Below, in pieces: positions 12,871 to 26,035 of a stretch of DNA of 64,000 nt (the first letter of the stretch is position 1; every line of letters begins with the position of its first letter). The notes under the pieces are model-generated. The model searched no databases. It saw only the letters and a program-made list of their open reading frames with translations, and was not told the origin of the DNA. Source of the DNA: Squalus acanthias (Eukaryota); contig CM059432.1 in NCBI GenBank assembly GCA_030390025.1, forward strand, positions 56,670,001 to 56,734,000, written 5' to 3'. A program made the translations under genes and the position numbers.

Positions 12871-13653
12871 GGCCCTGAAATTGCTATCGGCGGCGTAGCT
12901 AAGAAGCACGCTGCCAACCTCCGAACGAAATCTGCACTTCCCTGGTGCGAGGCCCCAAACGAAAATTTCCGTTGAAATGCTGCAGAGTTGTGTGCAGCGT
13001 AGTGGCCCACGGATCCCAGGGGCGCACTGTTGTGCATAAGCGTACCTGGGATCACGTGGGGCGGTGCTCCTTTCACTAGCCAATCAGGAAAGAGAAATCT
13101 CCGATGCCTAACATCAATCAACTTATAAATTAAATGGTGTGAATATTTATTTGACAAGTACAGTACTTGGCTTTAAAAAGCACAATGGAATACTTTAGAG
13201 TAAGTACAGTTATTTACTGGAAGACATTGCAAGATTTTAAAAAAAAGGTTAAAACGATTGCATCCCTCAATCCGAGCCTTTACAGCTGCCTGGTAGGTTG
13301 ATACATGGTGCTTTTATGTTATCGTTTTTAATTATTTATACAGTTTTCTCATTTCCCCCCCCCCCCCCCCCCCCATACTGTGCAAACAGGCTCCTGCGCC
13401 TGTTTGCACTAGCCATAAATTTTCAAGCGTAATTGATGCACAGTTGGTGGGCAATTAGCCCAACTCTGTGCCAGCCCATCATTTCAAATGAGGATTTAAC
13501 AGTCACAGCGGATGATCTGTCTACTCGGAACTTGACAGATTGCAAGTTCGCGATTTAGCGCATGCGGAAATCCTGAACTTGCGGTCAATTTCAAAGGTGG
13601 TATGATGGTGTACTTTGAGAGAACGCCGTCATACCGACTGCAAATTCTGCCCC
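12871..13653. mobile_element. PIF/Harbinger-type MITE
   Basis: Imperfect TIRs GGCCCTGAAATTGC / GCAAATTCTGCCCC, 3-bp TSD AAT on both sides, AT-rich core, subterminal hairpins. Confidence 0.75.
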
Positions 13654-15489
13654 AATGAAGCTATGACGTAGAAGTTAAGTAAAATGGCTAAATAAAAGAA
13701 CACTAATACTGTACTTCATAGCTACACTTTATTTGCATTTTTTCTGCTAGAAAATCGGTTTTACAATTGATTTTAAAATGTTAGCCAAAAATAAAGCCAC
13801 TTTCTGAAGCAGAATTCAAAATATTTTAACAGTTAAACTAATTATTATTTGAAATAATCTTTCTACAGGATCAAGCTGTACTGACTAATGTGCAGTTTCA
13901 CATTAGCTGCCTCACTGCATCTTACTCTCTCACACAAAAGCCCTCAATACTTGTTAGATGGTATGTGGTTACAAAACTCTTCTTGAACAAGCGCCTAGCA
14001 TATTTGTCAAGATACTTGAGATGCTTACTTCAGAGTCTGAAGTCTGTCGAAATGCTGGATCTTGCAACATTCCTGCAGGAGCTGTGCTCTTGTTCCACCA
14101 ATCTTTGAACAAAGAAGTTATTTCAAAACTTAATTAAAGTTTGATAACGTGTCACACAGAAGATTTTGTTAGCGAACCGGCACAATGGGCTGAATGGCTG
14201 CCTCCTGTGTTGGAATTTGAGATTAGTTTTTCCTCCTGTCGTCACCCACATCTTCTGTTTGGCATGCCCCCTAATTCGATGTTATTAGCAAATTTTGATG
14301 TTATTCCCTCTATCTCCATTGTTACGAAGTAGATTTCTTGCAAACACTTTTAAGTTGTATTCACAGCAGAAAGGCAAATTTTAAAAGCAGATAAAGTTTA
14401 ATATGAACAGAAACCTGTACCTTTAAACACGGAATAAATGGGTTGTTGTACCACAGGACTAACACATACACTTTCATTGAAGTTTTACTGCACTAGAGAG
14501 CACATAGGTACCCGCCAGGTTCCAACATCTGTTGCAAAGGGCAGTAAAAAAATAACAGCCTGTTTGCTTCAGGCTAAAACTAATGGTTTAATTTACAAGT
14601 AAGATAATTACACAGAAGCATAAAGGCACAACATGGCAGTGATGGTACAAATACTTAAAAAATACAAAGACGACAGAATCCTTAAAGAGTTTAAATGTTT
14701 TCTTTAGAATGTATTCTATACATAGTTCAATTACCTCCAAGTCTAATGTAGGTTTCTCAATATAGATTTTGTATATGGATGTGACAAAAATATGTTTTTG
14801 TCTCTTAATTTTTTAACATAGACTTTGTTAGAAGCAACATGTAAAGGGTTAATGCTCAGTAATACTTCGCTTTATTTGAAACTTACGTTTGGTCCTATTC
14901 CCTGTGTGCAGTGCCACAGAAGTTTGATCAGCATATATGATATATTGTAATGCTCTCTTGCTGTTTATGAGAAATTTGATATATAGGGGGAAAAATTCAT
15001 CCCCTTAGTGCCTCCCTTTAGCGCCAGCAGATGGCGCTAACGGGGCACTAGAGCAGTATCGCCAGGGCGAGGCGAATCCAGCGCCGCACGCCAAATCTCT
15101 CACCCCCTATTGCGTCGCTGGTGAGAGTTATCGCCGGGATTGTCAACGTCAGGTGGATCGTAACGTCAGTGAGTGTGCAATACTAACTGACCACCTGATC
15201 TGCTAAATTGATTGTCGCCACCTACCTTAGTGCCTGGAGTAAACACCGACAGGGAGAGCTGGCGTGAAGCACCAGGAAGCTGGCTCCAGGGACGTTATTT
15301 AAAGTGATCATCAGTAATGACTCACAGCTGTCAAGTTAGTGCAGTTTCAGTGGTTTCTTGTCAGTTTCACATACTCCAACAGTTTCATTCAGTAATTTTA
15401 AGGTTCTTTTGTATGAGGAGTGTTGTGGCAACTAAAAAGTATCTACATTTATTCTTCAAAGAATCAAACTGCTACACTTGGTAACATTA

Positions 15490-16614
15490 ATGGGGGCTGT
15501 ACTGGCATGCCACTTCGCCCTCCAGGATCTACAGCGGAGGGAGCCTAGGCAGCTACAAAGACGGGAACATATGTGCAGAGGGAGGAGGAGGGCCATCAGG
15601 GCTCTTAACAGGAGGCCTTACCCTCCAAGGGTATTCCGAGAGCACTTCTCCTACCTTTAATTAAGTGAGGAGCAGAGTATTAGAAGGCTTCGCTTCACCA
15701 AGGAGGTGCTCACAGAACTCTGCCACCTCCTGCAACCAGACCTCCAGCCTCAGACCAGGGCAACCACGGCTCTCCCAGTGGCAGTCAAGGTCACTGTGGC
15801 CCTCAACATCTTCGCCAGCGGATTCTTCCAGTCTGCAACAGGAGACATAGTTAACATCTCACAGTTCGCCGTCCATCGCTGTGTCCGGGAGGTCACTGAG
15901 GCTCTCTACGGCAGGAGAAGGGACTACATTGGCTTCCCGATCGCCAGAGAGAAGCAGGACGAACGTGCATGTGGCTTTGCCAGGGTAGTGTGTTTCCCCA
16001 TGGTGCAGGGTGCCATTGACTGTGCCCACGTGGCTTTGCGGGCACCACATAACAATCCTAAGATCTTCTGTAACCACAAAGGCTACCACTCACTTACATG
16101 TGCAGTTGGTGTGCGACCACGCACAGCGAATCCTCACCGTCAATGCCCGCTATCCTGGCAGCAGCCACGATGCCTTCATCCTGGGCCAGATTGGTGTGCC
16201 AGCACTCTTCCAGCCACCTCGTCAAGCTCGCGGCTGGCTGGTCTGAGACGAGGGCTATCCGCTCTCCAGCTGGCTCGTGACTCCCCTCCGCAACCCCAAC
16301 ACTCCTGCCCAGCACTCATACAATGAGAGCCATGCTGCCACCAGGAACATCATCGAGCAGACTATCAGCCTGCTGAAGCAACAGTTCCACTGCCTCGACT
16401 GCTTGGGAGGAGCCCTCCAGTACTCGGCTAAGCATGTGTCCCATTTCGTGGTGGTCTGCTGCATTCTCCACAGCCCTTGCCACCAGGGATTGCGGGACCA
16501 CCTCAGGACGAGGAGAAGGAGGAGGAGGAACAGGAGCGAGGGAGGAGGCAGCTACTCAATCGGCCTTCCGGATGGGTGGTCCATGACCTCCTCATCAGAC
16601 TGCGGTTCGAATAA
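15490..16614 (+). pseudogene. Harbinger (HARBI1-like, DDE_Tnp_4) transposase, disrupted
   Basis: [79 protein letters not shown]. Stops at 15658 and 16244 plus frameshifts. Confidence 0.9.
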
Positions 16615-16761
16615 ATTAAACCCCAGATCCCCGTTGCTCACCACATCTCCATCATTCCATCCCTGTTGCAGGCCATATCACAGCGCAAGGCTGAAATGAG
16701 ACACACCACAAAAGAATCCAAACTGAATTAATAAATTTATCGAAAATCAGTGAACACATAT

Positions 16762-18649
16762 TTACAACAAAAATATTAACTGTTCACCCTTGTGCAATCC
16801 CTTAGTGCCTGTCGTTACTGTGCCTTTGCCTACTCTAGTGCTCCTACGAAGTGTTGGCCCAGTGGCTGTAGCAGGACTGGTGGAAGGCTGCTGACTGTCC
16901 ATGCGGGAGACTTCAGATGGCCTTGCAGGACGCTCTCGACCAGCTCTGGACCTGGAAGGCACGATTGTAGACTGCACCACCTCAGCATGGGCAGCAGCAG
17001 TCAGTGCTGACTGGATGACAGGCAGCAACAAGAGCAATGGCGGAGTGGCAGTGGTGGGACCAGGAATGCTGTAGTCCTGCGAGAGGACAGCAGGTTCCTG
17101 CTCCACTGACCCACTTCCACTCCCCCAGGGCAGCACCTCAGCATCCCTAGCAATCTGTTGGAGAACAGATTGTTGGCCTGCTGCGACACTGTGAAAGTCC
17201 CGATCGACAGTGGTAGATCCAGCCATGATGGCAGCAGTCAGAACTTGCATGAGAGCAGTCTGAGATTGGATGCCACCAAGCATAGATTGCATTACAGCAC
17301 TAAGACGTTGCGTCGCTTCCGTCTGTGCTGCAATGGAAGCTGCTAGATCGCCCATCACATGCGGCATCAGTTCTGGGTTGCCACGGTCTCTCTGGGACTC
17401 TACCATCCTTTGCAGACTGGAAATGATGGGCTCCATGGTGTGTGCACTGAGCCTTGTGCAATGTTGGAGGTGGACTCCTCCACGCTCCTTACAATTGCTG
17501 ACAGGCTCTCGGGCACTCTTGCCATTGCACCTATCATCTCCGTGTGCATACCCATCACCCTTCTTCTAAAGGCCTCCCCATCGAGGTCCTTATCTGAGTC
17601 CTGTGCAGCAGAACTCTCCCTCCAGGGAGCTGGGCCCCGAGCTACCCTTTCCCCCTGGCCTTGCTGCAGCCTACTCATCCCCGGTGCCTCACCCTGTGCA
17701 GATCTCGCTACTATACTAGCCTCTAAAGAACGCGTAGTGCCAGTATCTGAGCTGGTGTCTGTGGGTGATACATGCAGTGACGCGGTGTGTTCTTTCTCCT
17801 CCTCTTCTCCCGCCTCGCTCTCTACCGTGCCCTCAGGGACAGGCTGCTCAGGTGTTTACTGATTATCTGAAAGCATAAAGGCACAAGAGTCGAGTTAAGG
17901 TGAGGGGAGGGGGGCAGGAAGAGAGAAATGCATGGATACAGCATGATTAGCTGGAAAGTGCGAAATGCTTGTGGGGTGAGGGGGAAGTGGGAGGCGAGAA
18001 GGAGTCGGGATGAACATACTGTTGTTGTCCCCAAGGGGATCAACGTCGCCAGTGGCCACGGCGCCCACCACCTGGCACCCAATAATCTGCAGCACTCGAT
18101 TCTCCAATGTAGACAGTGGTTGGGTGTTGGCTTGCCCCCGCCTGTGTGCGCCTGCTCCCTCTTGTTGTGAGCCACCTTGGCCTGCAAGAGAAAGGAAAGT
18201 GTGTGAGTGAGTGTGGAGCAATGTGTTTGGGTGATGTGCCTGCCATAGTTGAATAGCTGTCATTACATGCAAGGTGTGAGATGTGGGTGAGAGTGTTGGT
18301 AGGTAGAGCTTGTTGGTGGGTGAGTGCTGGGGGTGTGGCGCTTTGAGTAGTGTGTTAAGATTGTGGTTCAGATGGTGGTATGCAGCATTTGTTGAAGCAA
18401 CCACACACCCTGACCACCTGAGTGAGGTCGTTAAATTTCTTTCTGCACTGTGTGTGGGTCCTGGGGACCACAGTGCTGCCCGAGATGTGCTGCGCTACCT
18501 CCCTCCACATGACGCGGAAGACTTGTGGCGAGGGCCTCCTGCCACTTGCCGGGTAGAACATAGCGCTCCGTCTCTCCACAGCAAAAACCAATGCCTCCAA
18601 TGCTTCATCGCAGAATCTGCAGGCTCTCCCTGAGGCATGGATCTGCCAT
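16762..18649 (-). pseudogene. Harbinger Myb/SANT-like DNA-binding protein gene, three exons, disrupted
   Basis: Exon 1 (~18649-18409) RF.DEALEALV.AVE..W.EVA..RT.TQCRKKFNDL. Exon 2 (18181-18020) AKVAHNKREQAHTGGG. Exon 3 from 17866 is acidic, then coiled-coil. GT..AG sites give compatible phases once one frameshift in exon 2 is allowed for. Confidence 0.8.
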
Positions 18650-18686
18650 GAGTACACCTGGTTCAGTCTTCTGGCTCCTTCTCCTT

Positions 18687-21600
18687 AGAATCACAGAATG
18701 GTTACAGCATGGAAGAAGGCCAATCAGCCTGTCGAGCCCATGCCGGCTCACTGCAAAAGCACTTCAGCTCATCCCACTCCCCCGCCCTTTCCCCGTAGCC
18801 CTGCAAATTTTTTCCCTTCAGGTACTTCTCCCTTTTGAAAGCCGTGATTGAGTCTGCCTCCACCACCCTTTCAGGCAGTGCATTTCAGATCCTAACCACT
18901 CGCTGAGTAAAATGTTTTTCCTCATGTCACCTTTGGTTCTTCTGCCAATCACCTTAAATCTGTGTCCTCTGGTTCTCGACCCTTCTGCCAATGGGAACAG
19001 TTTCTCTCTATCTACTCCGTCTAGACCCCTTATGATTTTGAGCACCTCCATCAAATCTTCTCTGCTCTAAGGAGAACAACCCTAGCTTCTCCAATCTATC
19101 CATGTAACTGAAGTCCCTCATCCCTGGAATCATTCTCGTAAATCTTTTCTGCACCCTCTTTAAAGGCCTTCACATCCTTCCTAAAGTGCGGTGCCCAGAA
19201 TTGGACACAGTTCTCCAGTTGAGGCCAAACCAGTGTTTTATACAGGTTCTTCATAATTTCCATGCTTTTGTACTCTATACCTCTATTCATGAAGCCCAGG
19301 ATCCTGTAAGCTTTTTTAACTGCTTTCTCAACCTGCCCTGCCACCTTCAACGATTTGTGCACATATACCCCTAGGTGTCTCTCTTCATACACCCCCTTTA
19401 GGATTGTACCCTTGAGTTTATATTGCCTCTCTTCATTCTTTCTACCAAAATGTATTACTTCGCATTTTTCTACGTTAAATTTCATCTGCCACATGTCCGC
19501 CCATTCCTCCAGCCTGTCTATGTCCTCTCGAAGTCTATCACTATACTTCCAAGTTTTGTGTCATCTGCAAATTTTGAAATTGTGCACTTTACACCCACAT
19601 CCATGTCATTAATATATATCAAGAAAAGCAGTGGTCCTAGAACCGACCCCTGGGGAACACCACTGCGTACCTTCCTCCAGTCCGAAAAACAACTGTTCTC
19701 TGTTTCCTGTCACTTAGCCAATTCTGTATCCATGCTTCCACTGTTCCATTTATTCTATGGGCTTCAACTTTGCTGGCAAGCCTATTATGTGGCACTTTAT
19801 CAAATGCCTTTTGGAAGTCCATGCACACCACATCAGCCGCATTGCCCTCATCAAACCTCTCTGTTACCTCATCAAAAAACTCGATCAAGTTGGTTAAACA
19901 CGATTTGCCTTCAACAAATCCATGCTGGCTTTCCTTAATTAATCCACACTTGTCCAAGTGACTGTTAGCTTTGTCCTTGATTTTCGTTTCTAAAAGCTTC
20001 CTCACTACTGAGGTTAAACTGATTGGCCTGTAGTTGCTGGGTTCATCTTTACACACTTTTTTGAACAAGGATATAACATTTGCAATTCTCCAGTCTTCTG
20101 GCACCACCCCTGTTTCTAAGGAGGATTGGAAGATTATGGCCAGTACCTCCGTGATTTCTTCCTTCACTTCCATCAACGTCCTAGGATGCATCCCATCTGG
20201 ACCAGGTGACTTATCTACTTTAAATACAGCCAGACTTTCTATTACTGTACCTCCTGTTTATCAATTTTTATCCTATCCAGTATCTCCTCTGCCTCCTCTT
20301 TCACGATGTCTATGGCAGCATCATCTTCCTTGGTGAAGACAGATGCAAAGTACTGATTTAGCACCTCAGCCATACCCCCAGCTTCCATGCGCAGGCCTCC
20401 CTTTTGGTCACTAATCGGCCCCACCCCTCCTCTTACTACCTGTATTCTATTTATATGCCTATAGAAGACTTTTGGATTACCTTTTATGTTGGTTGCCATT
20501 CTATTCGCATACCCTCTCTTTGCCCCTCTTATTTTCTTTTTCACGTCTCCTCTGAACTTTCTATATTTAGCCTGATTCTCAGATGTATTCTCGACCTGAC
20601 ATCTGCTTTTTCTGCTTCATCTTGCTCTCTATCTCTTTCATCATCCAGGGAGCTTTGACTTTAGTTGCCCTACCTTTCCCCCTAGTGGGAAATGTACCTC
20701 GACTGTACCTGAAGTATTTCCTCTTTAAAGGCAGCCCATTGTTCCATTACGGTTTTGCCTGCCAAATTTTTGATTCCAGTTTACCCGGGCCAGATCCATT
20801 CTCATCCTACTGAAATTGTCCTTCCTCCAATTAAGTATATTTACTCTAGATTGCTCCCTATCTTATCACATAGCTAATCTTAACCTTATGATACTGTGAT
20901 CACTGTTCCCTAAATGTTCCCCTACTGACACTAGCTCCATTTGACCTACCTCATTCCCCAGAACCAGATCCAGGAATGCCTCGTTCCTCGTTGGGCTGGA
21001 AACATACTGATCAAGAAAGTTCTCCTGAACACACTTCAGAAATTCTCCCCCCTCTGCCCTTTACACTATTACTATCCCAGTCTATATTAGGATAGTTGAA
21101 GTCCCCCATTATCACTACTCTATGGCCCAGAAATTTGACTCGGAGGCTTGCCGCGGGGGTAAGGATCGCGCGATCTTACCTACCGCGCCTGCCGTTGTGT
21201 TTCGGGCCCACAGGAGCTTCGGGTCCTGGGCCTCTCCCTGGTGCCGGCGCGCAGTGCTTGCGTGTCCCAGGGCGCAGTTAGTGCGATGCGACTCCTGGGA
21301 TCACGTGAGCCATGGCGAGCCAATGGCAGCAGACCATCTTTCATTCATAGATTTGACAGGAGACCTGTCAAATCTATAAATACAAATCGCCCCCAAAAGA
21401 ACAGCTAAACCTCAAATAAATTTTTTTAAAAACCCATCACATTAATAAAATAACTATAGTTAAATAAATTAACCACTTTAAACAAAAATTTAAATTTTTG
21501 AAAAAATTTAAATTCTTTTTAAAAGTTATAAAAATAAACTTACCTTTCTTTAAAGTCTCTAAAAAAGATAAACCTGTTGAAAAAATTTTAAAATTATACT

Positions 21601-23520
21601 TAATTAACTACTTACCTTGTTAAAAGGGGGTCTTACGCCTCCTTTTTACTTGTGTAAAATCTTCCATACTTACCCTCACGTTGAAACCTGAAAAAAAACC
21701 CTAAGTGTGCTGCGTGCGCACAGCTTGTAGTGCGCACGCGGTTCACCTAGGAACCGCCTCCTTCGCCATACCGGAAGTGCCGGTTTCCCGCGCATGCGCA
21801 GTGCATGCAGGAAACCGGCACTTCGGGACCGAATACGGGTGAGTACGCAGCGGGTACTCTCCCGTATTCGGCAGAATTTTTTGGCCATTATTTCTTGCAT
21901 CTCTCTGTAATTTCTCTGTAAATTTGCTCCTCTATTTTTCCCACTAGTTGGCGGCCTATAGAATACACCTAGTAGTGTAATGGCACCTCTATTATTTATT
22001 AACTCGAGCCATATAGTTTCTGTCCTTGAACCCTCCAGTACATCCTCTCTCTCCAGCACTGCCACATCACCTCCTATCTTTCCTTCCCTAACTTTCCTGA
22101 ACACCTTATTTCTAGGAATACTTAATACCCAATCCTGCCCTTTATTGCCACGACATCATATTCCCATGTGGCTATTTTCGCCTGCAGCTCACCAACCTTG
22201 TTTACTATGCTTCGTGCATTCACATATGTACACTGTAAACCTATCTTAGACCATCGTGTGCTCTCTCTTAGTCTGACCCCACCTAATACCTTACTATTTC
22301 TTACTTTAGTGCTATCCGTCTCTCCCAATCCTTTGTGCCCTTTGTTTCTACTTTCTAATGCTGCATCCTGGTGCCCATCCCCCTGCCAACTTAGTTTAAA
22401 CCCTCCCTACCAGCACTAGCAAACCTCCCTGCGAGGATATTGGGGGTCTGTTGAGGACCTGCACAGGTCCCACGTCCCCCAATGCCCCAGGAATCTGAAT
22501 CCCTCCCTCCTGCACCATCTCTCCAGCCACGCATTCATCTGCTCTATCCTTCTATTTCTATACTCACTCATGTGTGACACTGGGAATAATCTAGAGATTA
22601 CTACCTTTGAGCTCCTGCTTTTTAATCTCTTTCCTAGCTCCATTAAATCTGCCTGCAGGACCTCATTCCCTCTTTCTACCTATGTCGTTGGTGCCGATAT
22701 GGAGGCTGTTCACCTCCCCCCTCAGAATGTTCCGCAGCTGCTCGGTGACATCCTTAACCCTGGCACCAGGGAGGCAACATACCATCCTGGAGTCACATCT
22801 GTGGCTGCAGAAATGCCTGTCTGCTCCCCTAAATATCGAATCCCCTACCATTGTTGCTTTCCCTGTCTTCCTCCCCCCCCCCCCCCCCCCCCCCCGTACA
22901 GCTGAGCCACCCGTGGTGCCGTGGACTTGGCTCTGGCTGTACTCCCCAGAGGAACCAACGTCCTCACCAGTACTCAGAAACAGAATACTGATTGGAGAGC
23001 GAGATGCACTCGGGGGACTCCTGCACTACCTGCTTGGTGGTCCTCTTCTGTTTAACGGTCACCCATTCCCTCTCTGCCTGCACACTCCTTAGCTGTGGGG
23101 TGACTACCTCCTGAAACGTGCTATCCACGTAGCTCTCAGCCTCGCGGATGCACCGTAGTGATGCCAGCTGCTGCTCAAGCTCCGAAACCCGGAGTTCGAG
23201 CTCCTCCAGCTGAACACACTTCCTGCACAAGTTGTCCAGGACATGGGAAGCGTCCTGGATTTCCCACATGGCACAGGTTGCGCATTCCCCGGGACTGAGC
23301 TGCCCTGCCATGCCTTTATTTATTCGACTATTAACTAACTTTACAGAAACTTAAGATTAAGATGTACCTAATTCAACTTATTAATATAATATATTATTAA
23401 CAGTTACTAATTTAATATAGTATTAACAGTTACTAATTTAATGTAGTATTAACAATTACTAATCTCCAAGCTCCTGCTTTATCCCTAACCAGCAATTTAA
23501 CCCCGGCCCCTAAGTTGAAG
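18687..23520 (-). mobile_element. Near full-length CR1 LINE (ORF1 zinc finger/leucine zipper/SGNH esterase; ORF2), decayed
   Basis: ORF1 MAGQLSPGECATC..CRKC, VGDSIFRG..CCLPGARVKD..HIGTND; ORF2 EN/RT fragments; (attct) tail at 18687; 26-bp tandem repeat x3 in 5' UTR (~23392-23463). Confidence 0.92.
21124..21886. mobile_element. PIF/Harbinger-type MITE inserted in CR1
   Basis: Ends GGCCCAGAAATT / AATTTTTTGGCC. CR1 EN sequence is continuous across it. Same internal layout as 60458-61222, in reverse. Confidence 0.8.
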
Positions 23521-25229
23521 AGCCCCTCTCTGACTGCTTGCTGAGGCAGCTGCACAGCCAGCAATGCTGAGAATGAGGTTCTGCAGTATCAATGAACCTC
23601 CCCTTTAAGTACTGAAAAAAGCCTGTGGCAATCATGACTTGCATCTGATATTGGTCCACCCTTTGAGTGTAACGCTTGGGCTTTTAAGACTTGAATTAGA
23701 ACTCCAGTCATTTTTTTGAGCAGTGAGCACGAATTTTGCGTGCAGTCTAAAGCATTAGAGCCTGGCGCTAATTCTCCAACTTTTCTACTGACACCGGCCA
23801 TTCCTCGGCTATAATGAATTTCTAGCCCTAAGTCCCTCAAAAAAAGAAAAAAAAACTGCAAATGCTGGAAATCTGAAGCAAAAAAAAATACTGGAAATAT
23901 GCCAAGTATCCAGCATTTAATTTTTTTTGTAAAATCCTCTAGCTGCCATAGGGATGATTGTGCCTTAATAGACTGTAAATTACAGGGTTACATTTATTTT
24001 GGTCACTAGAAACAGGAATATCTGCACCATCATAAAAATAACTACATTGAAATATGATTAGTTTCACCTCTGCATATAAGATTTTAATGACTTCTGAACC
24101 GATGTGTGAGATTTCTGTGCCAATCTTTTACCAGATAGGCGTCTACCATAATTGTGTGGGTGTAACTTGTATATTGTCCAATGTGCACATAATTATATGT
24201 ACAGTACTACTGTAATTGAGGCAAGTAAAAGGATAATATTGAGCTAAAATTTTAAGATAATTTCATTTCAATACTGATTGTACGTCATAAAAATAGCCTC
24301 TTTAACAATTAGAAATTCTGAAGGTACCACATTAATTATTATATAAGTACATCAGCATTTAAATAGCTGAACACTTGGTCTCCAATGTTTGTGTAATATC
24401 TTTTTATCTGAAATGTGATTGCTGCATTGAACAAACATTGTGATTTCTCTGAAAAGTACAGAAGAAAGTTTGGGAAGTGCTGGGGCCATTTCAGCCCATC
24501 AAGTATATTCCTTTTCCCCAGTGGCGTGATTGATTAAGGTACTATCTGATGCAGCACGAAATACTATGAACTAGAAAGGCCAGGTTCCCTAATTTCTGCT
24601 GGAGTAGCATTTGGGGTGCTATAATTGTTTTAATTAGTTTAATAATTTAATTGTTCTGATTTGTTGTAAACACTAAAAGCCCAGCCCCAAAAAAGTGCTC
24701 AGTATCTCTATCCCTGCAATGACACTGCAGACACAAGTGACTTCAAAAGCACCCTGAATCTTCATTGATACATAATTGGAATTAAACTTTAGGGTGGTGG
24801 GGAATTTATAATTGCACACCTCTGTCTTCCAGGGAACTTCCCCAATAGTCTGACAGTTCTACCAAAAGAAGACATTTCCAAACTTTAATTGGTTCCCGCA
24901 TCCCTGGACGACAGAGATAAAGAATTAGCCAGTGTTATTGAGTGTAGTCCAGGGACTTCTGCAGGGGGCGGGTGAGCATTTACGAATCCTGGGTGAGGAC
25001 AGGGTCAATGTGTGATGTTCTCCACAGTTAATAAGCCAGCTATCATACACTTGGTCTAGGCTCACATGAAGAATGGTGACTTCAAGGTTGTTGCAATCTT
25101 GCAACCAAGAATACAGGGCTCTCAGGCTGTTGGATGCAGAACTGATGCACTGACTGTAGATTGCCTCTTGAACTACACATGAAGCCCAATATAAATCTGT
25201 GATAGGAGGCCTCTGGCCATGGAGCTGTC

Positions 25230-26035
25230 CATGAAAGAGCACCATAGCCAACCTGGTGAAGCTACAACACAGGACTATATGCACGCTAAACAGCATGCTA
25301 TAGACAGAGTTAAATGATCCCACAACCAAAGGATCAGATCAACGCTCTGCAGTCCTGCCGCATCCAGCCATGAAGGGTGGTGGACAATTAAATAATTAAC
25401 AGGAGGAGGAGGCTGCATGGACATCCCCATCCTCAATGATGGCGGAGCCCAGCACGTGAGTGCATAAGATAAGACTGAAGCGTTCACAACCATCTTCAGC
25501 TAGAAGTGCTGAGTGGATGATCCATCTCGGCCTCCTCCTGAGGTACCCAGCATCACAGATGCCAGTCTTCAGCCAATTCAATTCACTCAAGAACTTATTG
25601 GATACAGCAAAGGCTATGGGCCCTGACAACATCCCGGCTATAGTGCTGAAGACTTGTGCTCCAGAACTAGCCGTGCCTCTAGCCAAGCTGTTCCAGTACA
25701 GCTACAACACAGGCATGCTCAGTTTGGGTTCTGCCAGGACCATTCGGCTCCAGACCTTATTACAGCCTTGGTCCAAAGATGGACAAAGAGCAGAATTCCA
25801 GAGGTGAGCAGAGTGTGACTGCCCGTGACATCAAGGCAATATTTGACAGTGTGGCACCAAGAAGCCCCAGTAAAATTGAAGTCAATGGGGATCAGGGGGA
25901 AACCTCTCCACTGGCTGGAGTCCTACCTAGCACAAAGGAAGATGGTTGTGGCTGTTAAAGGCCAATCATTGCAGCCTGAGGACATAGCCGCAGGAGTCCC
26001 TTGGCACCGTCCTAGACCCAACCATCTTCAGCTTC
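25230..26035 (+). mobile_element. Internal fragment of the tRNA-headed LINE family (with deletions)
   Basis: LDTAKAMGPDNIPAIVLKTCAPELA; KLKSMGIRGKPLHWLESYLAQRKMVV..AGVP. Confidence 0.85.

Larger units (their letters stand above)
14986..23828. mobile_element. Two-gene PIF/Harbinger DNA transposon (decayed), interrupted by a ~4.8-kb CR1
   Basis: Candidate TIRs GGGGGAAAAATTCAT (14986) and ATGAATTTCTAGCCC (ends 23828), 12/15 match. Encodes convergent transposase and Myb/SANT genes. Flanks ATA/TAA are not a perfect TSD, so the right end is tentative. Confidence 0.75.

Noticed and set aside
13869..13960. Possible host exon (ttctacag..gtatgt; DQAVLTNVQFHISCLTASYSLTQKPSILVR)
   Set aside because: No recognisable protein similarity or partner exons; splice-like sites arise by chance. 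Would need RNA-seq.
15490..16614. Domesticated HARBI1 gene
   Set aside because: It has stops and frameshifts and lies with a Myb partner inside candidate TIRs, so it is a transposon copy.
24530..25230. Possible ancient SINE remnants
   Set aside because: Too degraded to assign a family or boundaries by eye.
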